NCBI RefSeq assembly: GCF_002310835.1
Contig: NZ_CP011041.1
Location: forward strand, 1 to 32,000
Direction of reading: 5' to 3'
DNA: 32,000 nucleotides
From: Pseudoalteromonas tetraodonis
Lineage (GTDB): Bacteria > Pseudomonadota > Gammaproteobacteria > Enterobacterales > Alteromonadaceae
In this document: positions 14,130 through 23,576 of the stretch, one piece after another
Position numbering within the stretch: position 1 is the stretch's first letter
Layout of the letters: each line of letters starts with the position of its first letter
The notes under the pieces: model-generated
What the model was told of the DNA's origin: nothing
What the model saw: the letters and a program-made list of their open reading frames with translations, nothing else
Database searches by the model: none
Program-made: the position numbers and the translations under genes

Positions 14130-16016
14130 ATGAAAAAATACTTATTAAGCGTAGCGGCAGCGACTCTATTTTTCTCTTTCCCCTCTGCCAACGCGAAAAC
14201 TGATATTGATGCATTTTTAGACGCTGAAAAACAGGCGCGCTATGGCAATTATCAAAATTTTAAAGAAGCGGTGGATTCATTGTCTCATCCGCTTAAACCG
14301 TATGTTGAAAAAGCCTATTGGGAACGTTACCCTAGCTTAGCCCACCAAACAGAGATAGAAAATTTTCTCACTATTTATGAACATACGCCATTAGAGTGGC
14401 CAGTGCGTAAAGCATGGTTAAACTATTTAAAACGCAGAAATCAAAAAGCAGCGTTTATTAAAAACTACCGTGAAACCTCTGACAGTGAGCTTACTTGTAC
14501 CCACCTTACTTTTCAGCTTGATCTTGGTGCGCCTAAAAAAGCAATACTCAATCAGGTAACCGACTTATGGACAGTGGGTGAGTCGCAGCCAAGTGAATGC
14601 GATGGCCTTTTTAAACGCTGGCGTCAAAATGGTTATTTAACGCCCGATGTTGTTTGGCAACGTGTCACTTTAGCGGCACAAGGCGGGTCTTATCGTTTAC
14701 TGCCTTATTTAAAAACATTGTTGCCAGCCAATGAGCGCTACTTAGCCGATTTATACTCAAAAGTAAGACGTGACCCAAGTGCAGCGGCGGGGTTATACCG
14801 TTATAAGCGCAAAACAGTGAAAGAGGGTGAAATAGCGCTTTATGGTATTAAGCGTTTAATTTGGCGTGATAAAGAGTTGGCATTAAAGGCATGGCAAAAA
14901 ATTGAGGGGTTATTTGATTACACTGATGATGAAAAAGCGGATGTATATTATACCTTTGCGCTTTCATTGGCGTCGAGCGGCCATAGCCAAGCGAGCTTCT
15001 ATTTAAATAAAGTACCCAAAGAGCGCCAAGATCGTAAATTAATGCAATGGCAGTTAGCTAATCTACTCAAAACCCAAGATTGGGAGGGAATTGCGGCATT
15101 TTTTACAGGTAAAGAAAATCTTAGCTTAGGGCAACAGTATTGGCTTGCTTATAGTTATGACAAACGCGCAGATCATGAAAAAGCCAAGGCAATTTGGACT
15201 AAAGTGGCCGCTAACCGTGATTATTATGGTTTTTTAGCCGCTGCGCGTTTGGGCATACCGGTTGATTTAAATGAGTTGCCCGTTAATGTAAATCAAGCTT
15301 TAGTAACAAGAGTGAGTAATGCGCCAGGCTTTAAGCGTGCCAAAGCCCTGTATGAATTAGAGCGCTTTACTGCTGCTCGACGCGAGTGGAATTATTTAAC
15401 TGATACCTCAGCTGATGATGAAAAATTAGCTGCGTCGGTACTTGCAGCCGAGCTGGATTGGTTTGATAGTACTATATTCACCCTAGCAAAAATAAAAGCA
15501 TGGGATTATGTGGATTTGCGTTTCCCTTTTGCATTTCAAGAAATGTTTGAGCGTTACAGCAAGCGAAGCAAAATTGACCTAACTTGGAGTATTGCTATTG
15601 CACGTCGCGAAAGCTCATTTGCACCTGATGCGCGCTCCCATGCAAATGCACGCGGGTTAATGCAGCTATTACCGAGTACGGCAAAGTATATTAATAAAGG
15701 CACGGTTTCTAATCGTCGTTTGTATCAACCAAAAACCAACATTCGTCTTGGGACTCGTTATTTACAGTATTTAAAAAAGAAAAACCACGGCAATGAGGTG
15801 TTAGCTACAGCATCTTATAACGCTGGGTATCATCGTATTAAGCGTTGGTTACCAGAAGAAGCAATGCCGGCTGAGCTATGGGTTGAACTTATTCCTTACA
15901 GAGAAACCCGAGATTATGTAAAAAATGTATTTGCTTATCGGCAGGTTTATCATACTCGCCTTGGTCGGGAGGGAAACCTTCTAGCCCCCATATTAGAAAT
16001 GACGATGGGCGGATAG
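14130..16016 (+). CDS. slt: Soluble lytic murein transglycosylase (Slt70 family)
   Basis: Start trimmed to MKKYLLSVAAATLFFSFPSANA (signal peptide; AAGGA RBS at 14121-14125). C-terminal SLT domain motifs RRESSF, RGLMQLLPSTA, AYNAG. Long superhelical N-terminal region as in Slt70. Confidence 0.9.
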   Translation: MKKYLLSVAAATLFFSFPSANAKTDIDAFLDAEKQARYGNYQNFKEAVDSLSHPLKPYVEKAYWERYPSLAHQTEIENFLTIYEHTPLEWPVRKAWLNYLKRRNQKAAFIKNYRETSDSELTCTHLTFQLDLGAPKKAILNQVTDLWTVGESQPSECDGLFKRWRQNGYLTPDVVWQRVTLAAQGGSYRLLPYLKTLLPANERYLADLYSKVRRDPSAAAGLYRYKRKTVKEGEIALYGIKRLIWRDKELALKAWQKIEGLFDYTDDEKADVYYTFALSLASSGHSQASFYLNKVPKERQDRKLMQWQLANLLKTQDWEGIAAFFTGKENLSLGQQYWLAYSYDKRADHEKAKAIWTKVAANRDYYGFLAAARLGIPVDLNELPVNVNQALVTRVSNAPGFKRAKALYELERFTAARREWNYLTDTSADDEKLAASVLAAELDWFDSTIFTLAKIKAWDYVDLRFPFAFQEMFERYSKRSKIDLTWSIAIARRESSFAPDARSHANARGLMQLLPSTAKYINKGTVSNRRLYQPKTNIRLGTRYLQYLKKKNHGNEVLATASYNAGYHRIKRWLPEEAMPAELWVELIPYRETRDYVKNVFAYRQVYHTRLGREGNLLAPILEMTMGG

Positions 16017-16037
16017 TAAAAATAAATCTACAACCAC

Positions 16038-16073
16038 AGAGGGATATTTACACAGTACGTATCCCTCTTTTTT
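16038..16073 (+). terminator. Rho-independent terminator after slt
   Basis: AGAGGGATA (16038-16046) pairs with TATCCCTCT (16060-16068), followed by TTTTT. Confidence 0.75.
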
Positions 16074-16097
16074 GAGCGCTTTGTGTATAAGTGGTAG

Positions 16098-17456
<1,359 letters not shown>

Positions 17457-17504
17457 ATCCTTATAAAGACGAGTTAGCCAATACGCGCTAAAATAAACGG
17501 ATAC

Positions 17505-17531
17505 AAAGGGGCCTTTTGGCCCCATTTTTTT
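17505..17531 (+). terminator. Rho-independent terminator after pepQ
   Basis: GGGGCC (17508-17513), loop TTTT, GGCCCC (17518-17523), then ATTTTTTT. Confidence 0.8.
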
Positions 17532-17553
17532 AATTAAAGCCTAAGTAAGTGCT

Positions 17554-18168
17554 ATGTCTGAATATAAATACCCAGCCGAAGCTGTATTTCATCAAGAAGA
17601 AATTAAAAAAAGTACCTTTATCGTTCATATAGGTCACACGCCCGATCTAAATGCTGCGAAAGCCTTTATTAAAAATATTGAAGAAAAATATAGTGATGCA
17701 CGTCACAATTGTTGGGCACATGTTGCAGGTAACCCAGGGGGCAGCCATGTTTATGGTTTTTCTGATGACGGGGAGCCCAATGGCACCGCCGGTAAACCCA
17801 TGCTCAATGTGCTAGTGGGCTCAGGCTTAGGTGAAGTGACCGCTGTGGTAACACGTTACTTTGGAGGTATAAAGCTCGGTACGGGTGGGCTGGTGCGTGC
17901 TTATGGTGGTTCACTCAATAATGCCTTAGCAAAACTACAAACCGTGGTGAAAGTGCCGAGCGCTGAGCTGGTGGGCTTTAGTGAATACAGTATGCAAGGG
18001 GCGATAGAGCAATACTTAAAAACCAACTTTCAGGTACTTAATATTGAAAAGCAGTTTACTGCAAATATTGAGTGGACTATTACCATTGATAGTCGCCAAG
18101 CGCAGCAAGCCATCAAAGATATTTTTGATTTAAGCCACGGCGCAGTTGAGTTAACAATCAAAGAGTAA
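17554..18168 (+). CDS. yigZ: IMPACT-family protein YigZ (UPF0029)
   Basis: 204 aa. ...RHNCWAH...DDGEPNGTAGKPML... and YFGGIKLGTGGLVRAYG are typical of YigZ/IMPACT. Syntenic pepQ-yigZ-trkH order. Confidence 0.85.
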   Translation: MSEYKYPAEAVFHQEEIKKSTFIVHIGHTPDLNAAKAFIKNIEEKYSDARHNCWAHVAGNPGGSHVYGFSDDGEPNGTAGKPMLNVLVGSGLGEVTAVVTRYFGGIKLGTGGLVRAYGGSLNNALAKLQTVVKVPSAELVGFSEYSMQGAIEQYLKTNFQVLNIEKQFTANIEWTITIDSRQAQQAIKDIFDLSHGAVELTIKE

Positions 18169-18260
18169 TAGTCTTACATTCATCCCATTTAATGATTAAA
18201 CATTAAATTTCGAGTCATACAGTAGTTATTTTAATTTACTAATAAAAAGCGATACGCTCA

Positions 18261-19712
18261 ATGCAATTTCGTACCATCATAAAAATTCTTGGCCAATTGG
18301 TTGCGCTATTCAGTATTACTATGGTGCCACCAGCGCTAGTGTCTTTAATTTATAAAGATGGTGGAGGGGTGCCGTTTGTTTTAGCCTTTATATTCAGTGT
18401 TGTTATTGGCTTAATGGCTTATTACCCAAATAGGCATGAGCATGGCGATTTAAAAGCCCGCGAAGGCTTTTTAATCGTGGTTTTGTTTTGGCTAGTACTA
18501 GGCGCGTTTGCCTCCTTACCGCTGGTATTTTTACAAGAACCCAACCTCTCTTTAGCCGATGCCGTGTTTGAAGCTTTTTCTGGCTTAACCACAACAGGGG
18601 CTACCGTGCTGACCGGTATAGAGTATCTGCCTAAATCGGTCTTGTTTTATCGCCAACAATTACAGTGGTTTGGTGGTATGGGGATCATTGTATTAGCGGT
18701 AGCAATCCTGCCAATGCTTGGCGTAGGTGGTATGCAGTTGTATCGGGCTGAGATTCCAGGCCCCGTTAAAGATTCCAAAATGACCCCGCGTATAGCCGAC
18801 ACCGCTAAACACCTTTGGTATATTTATGTGTCTATTACCCTTGCATGTACTTTGGCGTATTGGAGCGCTGGCATGAATTGGTTTGATGCAATTTGCCATG
18901 CTTTTTCTACGGTGGCTATTGGTGGTTTTTCTACTTATGACGCTTCAATGGGGCATTTTGATAGCCCAGTAATTAACTTTATTTGTGTGTTCTTTTTAAT
19001 TATCGCAGCCATTAACTTTTCTCTGCATTATGCTGCTGTAGCGAGTCGTAATATTAGTGTCTACATTCGTGACCCTGAATTCAAAGTGTTTCTATGTATT
19101 CAGCTCGCGCTGGTGGTGATTTGTTTCACGGTACTTTCATCTCACGATGTTTATGCCAATGGCGATGAAACCCTCGATCAGGCATTGTTTCAAGCTGTAT
19201 CTATAAGCAGCACCGCAGGATTTGCCACAGATAACTTTTCTGCTTGGCCGTTGTTTTTACCTATTTTATTAATATTCTCTAGTTTTATTGGTGGCTGTGC
19301 TGGTTCAACTGGCGGCGGTATGAAAGTAGTGCGCGTGTTTTTACTTTATCTACAAGGGGTGCGAGAGCTAAACCGCTTAGTGCATCCTCGAGCTATATAC
19401 TCTATAAAGTTAGGACGAAAGGCGCTACCAGATAAAGTAGTTGAAGCGGTATGGGGGTTTTTCTCGGCTTATGCACTAGTCTTTATTATTATTATGTTAG
19501 CGTTAATGGGCACCGGGTTAGACAATATAACGGCATTCTCAGCAACGGCAGCGTGTTTAAATAACCTTGGGCCTGGTTTAGGAGATGTTGCTTCTCATTA
19601 TGGCGCTATTACCGATACTGCAAAATGGATATTAACCGTGGCAATGGTATTTGGTCGTTTAGAGATATTTACCTTACTTGTGCTATTTACCCCAACATTT
19701 TGGCGTGGATAA
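18261..19712 (+). CDS. trkH: Trk system potassium uptake membrane protein TrkH
   Basis: 483 aa, polytopic, with repeated selectivity-filter-like segments (TTTGAT, AIGGFST, STAGFAT, LNNLGPGLG). Typical TrkH length. Confidence 0.95.
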   Translation: MQFRTIIKILGQLVALFSITMVPPALVSLIYKDGGGVPFVLAFIFSVVIGLMAYYPNRHEHGDLKAREGFLIVVLFWLVLGAFASLPLVFLQEPNLSLADAVFEAFSGLTTTGATVLTGIEYLPKSVLFYRQQLQWFGGMGIIVLAVAILPMLGVGGMQLYRAEIPGPVKDSKMTPRIADTAKHLWYIYVSITLACTLAYWSAGMNWFDAICHAFSTVAIGGFSTYDASMGHFDSPVINFICVFFLIIAAINFSLHYAAVASRNISVYIRDPEFKVFLCIQLALVVICFTVLSSHDVYANGDETLDQALFQAVSISSTAGFATDNFSAWPLFLPILLIFSSFIGGCAGSTGGGMKVVRVFLLYLQGVRELNRLVHPRAIYSIKLGRKALPDKVVEAVWGFFSAYALVFIIIMLALMGTGLDNITAFSATAACLNNLGPGLGDVASHYGAITDTAKWILTVAMVFGRLEIFTLLVLFTPTFWRG

Positions 19713-19736
19713 CGTTATAAATATCAGGAAGGAAAT

Positions 19737-20399
19737 ATGCGAAAAACCAATTTGGAAAAGTTAAACCAAATCGTCACGGGTGGCATAGTTGATTTAGAAA
19801 TCCTCACCCCCACGAGTAGCCGACGCGTAAAAACAGAGTTTATAGGCTTATTAGAAAATAAGTTTATTGTTTTAAATTACCCCAATGCAAAACGGCTCCC
19901 CATGGCAAGTGATTATTTACGCGATGGTGTGATGGTGGTGGTAAGAGCGCTTATAGAGGGCAGTGGTGGGCATGTTTTAGCGTTTCGTCAGCAGCTTATG
20001 TCTGTAGCATCTCACCCGGCTAAGTTATTGTTTATCGACTATCCTTCACAAGTACAGCTATTTGAACTGCGCTCGCAAGCGCGTATACCGACGCTGTTTC
20101 CAGCCAAGTTAAAATTATCGGATGATCGCCCTTCCTTTGAAGGTGTTATAAAAGATATTTCGTTAACGGGTGTTATGTTTGATATTAAAACAACCCAAGA
20201 AATCGACGACATTAAAGATATGCGTTGCATCGTAGTGTTTGATGAAGATACAAAGCACGAAGGGCAAATATGCAGTGTGAAAAAACATGCTAAGGGCATA
20301 TATTGCGGAATTCGATTATTTGCCAGTGAAGAGCAAATGAAAGCCCTGATGGGGGATCACTTCATTGACCCTAATGCACTTGAAGTTGAAATTGTATAA
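19737..20399 (+). CDS. PilZ-domain protein (YcgR-like architecture), putative c-di-GMP receptor
   Basis: 220 aa. Canonical PilZ motifs R112-SQA-R116 (RxxxR) and D140-I-S-LT-G145 (DxSxxG) with typical spacing. The preceding ~100 aa are consistent with a PilZN-type domain. Starts 24 nt after the trkH stop, with a GGAAGGA RBS. Confidence 0.8.
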   Translation: MRKTNLEKLNQIVTGGIVDLEILTPTSSRRVKTEFIGLLENKFIVLNYPNAKRLPMASDYLRDGVMVVVRALIEGSGGHVLAFRQQLMSVASHPAKLLFIDYPSQVQLFELRSQARIPTLFPAKLKLSDDRPSFEGVIKDISLTGVMFDIKTTQEIDDIKDMRCIVVFDEDTKHEGQICSVKKHAKGIYCGIRLFASEEQMKALMGDHFIDPNALEVEIV

Positions 20400-20721
20400 G
20401 ACCTGTTATCTTTCGACGCTAAACATTTTACAATTCTAAAATATCAACAAGCTCTAACATTTTCGCTCTTTTGCAACAAATAGCCATGTGTTGTTGTTAT
20501 TTTTAAAAGCCATTTCAAATTTATTTTATAAATTCATTAAAAACAATTAGTTAAATATGTTTTTTATTCTAATTTTTTTGTTTATAACAAAATTAAACTC
20601 AACTCACCTTCCTTTTTGTTTATTTAATCCTCTTTTTTAGCGGTTGCTCACCGACTGTGTGGGGTTTTCCCTAAACTCAACTCTTTGATTTTTATTGTTT
20701 TAATTTTATTGCCTTATCTAC

Positions 20722-20739
20722 TGTTGCTAAAAAGCAACA
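20722..20739. promoter_or_regulatory. Perfect palindrome TGTTGCT-AAAA-AGCAACA in the EF-hand array upstream region
   Basis: 7-bp arms with a 4-bp spacer, read directly. About 75 bp upstream of the sigma54-like element. Could be a regulator or UAS site. Function unproven. Confidence 0.3.
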
Positions 20740-20813
20740 AAATAACGAGTTAAATAGCGCCATTTTCAGCTAGTTGCTGGTTAATGTATTGAAAATTATG
20801 GTTTTTATATTTT

Positions 20814-20829
20814 TGGCATCGAAGTTGTA
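20814..20829 (+). promoter_or_regulatory. Sigma54-like -24/-12 element (TGGCAT-N5-TTGT)
   Basis: TGGCAT (20814-20819), CGAAG, TTGT (20825-20828), about 85 nt upstream of the first EF-hand ATG. The -24 GG and the spacing are correct, but the -12 reads GT rather than the conserved GC, so this is a weak call. Confidence 0.25.
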
Positions 20830-20912
20830 ATAGTCAGGCTGTATTGAACGAAACGTGATTTAAAGTAAAACACTTAATCGCATAAAACATAAACTTTGAA
20901 GGAAGATAGATT

Positions 20913-21125
20913 ATGAAAAGCATTAATAAAACTTTAGCACTTATCGCATTGGCTTCTTCATCAGCCGCTTTTGCAGCAAGCGACTTTGACACGCTAGACG
21001 TTGACGGCAACGGCGCAATCAGTCAAAGCGAAGCATCGGTTGATGCAAAATTAATGAGCATGTTTTCAGAGCTTGATACTGACCAAAACGGTGAGTTATC
21101 AAAACAAGAGTTCTCTAAAGCATAA
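20913..21125 (+). CDS. Secreted EF-hand pair calcium-binding mini-protein, copy A
   Basis: 70 aa. Signal peptide MKSINKTLALIALASSSAAFA|A, then two canonical 12-residue EF loops, DVDGNGAISQSE and DTDQNGELSKQE. RBS GAAGGAAG. Confidence 0.85.
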   Translation: MKSINKTLALIALASSSAAFAASDFDTLDVDGNGAISQSEASVDAKLMSMFSELDTDQNGELSKQEFSKA

Positions 21126-21145
21126 CCCTAAGCTATTAAAGTTTT

Positions 21146-21162
21146 GGGAGTTAAAAGCTCCC
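21146..21162 (+). other. Intercistronic RNA hairpin between EF-hand copies A and B
   Basis: GGGAGTT-AAA-AGCTCCC (7-bp stem including one G.U). No T-run follows, so it is more likely a stabiliser, processing site or partial attenuator than a full terminator. Confidence 0.35.
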
Positions 21163-21195
21163 CGATTATTTAAACGATTTTAAGGAATACTCATT

Positions 21196-21408
21196 ATGAA
21201 AACATTACACAAAACATTTGCACTTATCGCTCTTGCTTCTTCATCAGCTGCCTTTGCAGCGAGCGACTTTGACACACTAGATACCGACGGTAACGGCGCT
21301 ATTAGCCAAAGCGAAGCATCGGTTGATGCAAAATTAATGAGCATGTTCTCAGAGCTTGATACTGACCAAAACGGTGAGCTATCAAAAGAAGAATTTTCGA
21401 AAGCATAA
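21196..21408 (+). CDS. Secreted EF-hand pair calcium-binding mini-protein, copy B
   Basis: 70 aa. Signal peptide MKTLHKTFALIALASSSAAFA. EF loops DTDGNGAISQSE and DTDQNGELSKEE. Confidence 0.85.
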   Translation: MKTLHKTFALIALASSSAAFAASDFDTLDTDGNGAISQSEASVDAKLMSMFSELDTDQNGELSKEEFSKA

Positions 21409-21546
21409 GGCAAGGCTAAGTATATTCTGAGTTGCCAAAGACAACCTAAATAGGCAAGGAAGCCTATGAAAGAGAATAACAAGGACCGTGATAGCCAGAC
21501 ACAATTTTTTGATAAACCATTGCATTACATTTTGAAGGATTAAATT

Positions 21547-21759
21547 ATGAAAACATTACATAAAACATTTGCACTTATCGCGCTAGCTTCTTCATCAGCT
21601 GCTTTTGCAGCAAGCGACTTTGACATGCTTGATACTGATGGTAACGGTGCTATTAGTCAAAGCGAAGCCGCTGTAAACGCTGATTTAACAGCCGCATTTA
21701 CTGAGCTTGATACTGACGGTAATGGTGAGCTTTCTAAAGCTGAGTTTGCAAACTTTTAA
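21547..21759 (+). CDS. Secreted EF-hand pair calcium-binding mini-protein, copy C
   Basis: 70 aa. Signal peptide identical to copy B. EF loops DTDGNGAISQSE and DTDGNGELSKAE. Confidence 0.85.
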   Translation: MKTLHKTFALIALASSSAAFAASDFDMLDTDGNGAISQSEAAVNADLTAAFTELDTDGNGELSKAEFANF

Positions 21760-21823
21760 TTTTTGACTTTTTTCATTGCACAGGGATCTCAGAAAAGGAT
21801 TTCCCTCTTATAGGAGACTTATT

Positions 21824-22039
21824 ATGAAAGCATTAAACACAACACTTGCGATTTTAGTATTAGCGTCATCATCAGCAGCTTATGCAGCGGTAGATTTTGC
21901 CTCTTTTGATAGTAATGGCGATGGTGTAATTAGCCAGCAGGAAGCCGCCGCTAATAAACAACTAATGAACATTTTTGATGATTTAGATACCGACGGAAAT
22001 GGTGAACTTTCTAAAGAAGAGTTTGCAAGAGTACAATAA
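21824..22039 (+). CDS. Secreted EF-hand pair calcium-binding mini-protein, copy D (most diverged)
   Basis: Start trimmed to MKALNTTLAILVLASSSAAYA (ATG 21824; GGAGA RBS 21813-21817). EF loops DSNGDGVISQQE and DTDGNGELSKEE. 71 aa. Confidence 0.85.
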   Translation: MKALNTTLAILVLASSSAAYAAVDFASFDSNGDGVISQQEAAANKQLMNIFDDLDTDGNGELSKEEFARVQ

Positions 22040-22062
22040 GTATTAACCCATCATACTCCACT

Positions 22063-22092
22063 AAAGCCGCTTAATAGTCAGCGGCTTTTTTG
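22063..22092. terminator. Terminator between the convergent EF-hand array and trkA
   Basis: GCCGCT (22066-22071) pairs with AGCGGC (22080-22085), followed by TTTTTT on the + strand. Only TTT on the - strand, so it mainly terminates the EF-hand transcript. Confidence 0.8.
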
Positions 22093-22124
22093 TGTTTGTT
22101 GATTACTTAACTCAAGCAGTTTAA

Positions 22125-23501
22125 TTATAGAAAAATAGCGCTAACTTGGAATAACTTTTCAACCACGTTAATGTGCTTTTTATCAATTAAGAACATGATT
22201 ACATGATCGCCTGACAAAATAATTGTATCGTCATGGGCAATCAGTACATCGTCATTTCGCACAATTGCACCTATTGTGGTACCTGCAGGCAATTTAATAT
22301 CGGCAATTGCGCGACCTACCACTTTAGAGGTATTTTCATCACCATGGGCAACCGCTTCTATGGCTTCTGCAGCCCCTTTACGCAACGAGTACACGTTTAC
22401 AATATCACCACGGCGCACGTGAGTCAGCAATGCAGAAATAGTCGCTTGTTGTGGTGAAATCGCAATATCAATTTCGCCGCCCTGTACTAAATCAACGTAA
22501 GCGCCTCGTTGAATAAGTACCATGGTTTTTTGTGCCCCCATGCGTTTTGCGAGCATAGCCGACATTATATTTACTTCATCGTCGTTGGTAACGGCAATGA
22601 ACACATCGACCTGTTCAATGTGTTCTTCAGAGAGCAGCTCTTGATCGGATGCATCACCACAAAATACCACGGTGTTGTCGAGCATTTCAGAAAGCTGTTC
22701 GGCACGCTCTTTACTTCGCTCTAGTAACTTAACGCTGTGGTTTCTTTCCAGTGAACGGGCTAGGCCTGCACCAATATTACCGCCACCGGCAATCATGATT
22801 TTTTTATACGAGCGTTCCAGCTTTTGTAGCTCGTTCATTACCGCACGAATGTGTTTGGTTGCGGCAATAAAAAATACTTCATCGTCGGCTTCTATTACGG
22901 TGGTGCCTAAGGGTTTTATCGCTTTACCTTGGCGGTAAATAGCGGCTACCCGAGTTTCAACATTAGGAATATGCTGCTTAAGTGTAGATAGGGCATAGCC
23001 TACCAATAAGCCGCCATAGTAGGCTTTTACAGCCACTAAAGAGAGCATGCCATCGGCAAATTGCAGTACTTGTAATGCGCCAGGGTAGTCTATTAGGCGG
23101 CGAATATACTTAGTAACGAGTGCTTCTGGGGCTATATAATGATCGACAGGTAAGTCATCATTATGAAAGAGTTTTTCGCGGTATTTTAAATACTGCTCAG
23201 AGCGAATACGGGCTATTTTGGTCGGTGTATTAAAAATACTGTAGGCAACTTGGCATGCCACCATGTTAACTTCATCTGAGCTGGTCACCGCAATAATCAT
23301 ATCGGCATCTTCAGCCCCTGCGCGACTTAACACGTCGGGGTGGGCGCCGTGGCCTGCAACACCTTGTAAATCGTATTTATCTTGCAGTTCGCGCAAGCGG
23401 TTACCGTCGATATCAACTACGGTTATTTCGTTTTGTTCACCCACTAGGTTTTCTGCGAGTGTGCCGCCAACTTGCCCAGCACCGAGTATGATTATTTTCA
23501 T
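22125..23501 (-). CDS. trkA: Trk system potassium uptake protein TrkA (tandem RCK / NAD-binding)
   Basis: 458 aa. Two Rossmann motifs, [13 protein letters not shown] and [12 protein letters not shown]. Position downstream of rsmB as in E. coli and Pseudomonas. Confidence 0.95.
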   Translation of the reverse strand: MKIIILGAGQVGGTLAENLVGEQNEITVVDIDGNRLRELQDKYDLQGVAGHGAHPDVLSRAGAEDADMIIAVTSSDEVNMVACQVAYSIFNTPTKIARIRSEQYLKYREKLFHNDDLPVDHYIAPEALVTKYIRRLIDYPGALQVLQFADGMLSLVAVKAYYGGLLVGYALSTLKQHIPNVETRVAAIYRQGKAIKPLGTTVIEADDEVFFIAATKHIRAVMNELQKLERSYKKIMIAGGGNIGAGLARSLERNHSVKLLERSKERAEQLSEMLDNTVVFCGDASDQELLSEEHIEQVDVFIAVTNDDEVNIMSAMLAKRMGAQKTMVLIQRGAYVDLVQGGEIDIAISPQQATISALLTHVRRGDIVNVYSLRKGAAEAIEAVAHGDENTSKVVGRAIADIKLPAGTTIGAIVRNDDVLIAHDDTIILSGDHVIMFLIDKKHINVVEKLFQVSAIFL

Positions 23502-23576
23502 TATGTACCCGTATTATTAATACTAATTACATCAAAGTATTAGCTACCTCTAAACTGAAGTAGCTAAATGTGTTGC

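Noticed and set aside
20557-20640. 27-codon hydrophobic ORF (MFFILIFLFITKLNSTHLPFCLFNPLF) in the long AT-rich spacer
   Set aside because: There is no RBS, and the hydrophobicity is a trivial consequence of the T-rich strand (Phe, Leu and Ile codons).
21180-21482. 100-aa antisense ORF covering EF-hand copy B
   Set aside because: It overlaps a well-supported CDS on the opposite strand, has no RBS or motif, and has no equivalent opposite the paralogous copies A, C and D. Most likely a chance open frame.
21466-21543. 25-codon ORF (MKENNKDRDSQTQFFDKPLHYILKD) filling the enlarged B-C spacer and ending 3 nt before copy C
   Set aside because: It is very short, the RBS spacing is too tight (about 3 nt), and there is no signal peptide or EF-hand remnant. 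It could be a uORF or a decayed gene fragment, but the sequence alone does not support calling it.
21776-21823. 16-codon extension of EF-hand copy D (MHRDLRKGFPSYRRLI...)
   Set aside because: It would place a charged segment ahead of the signal peptide. ATG 21824 has a GGAGA RBS and matches the ATTATGAAA start context of the other three copies. The same logic trims 29289-29330 from the yrdD-like gene.
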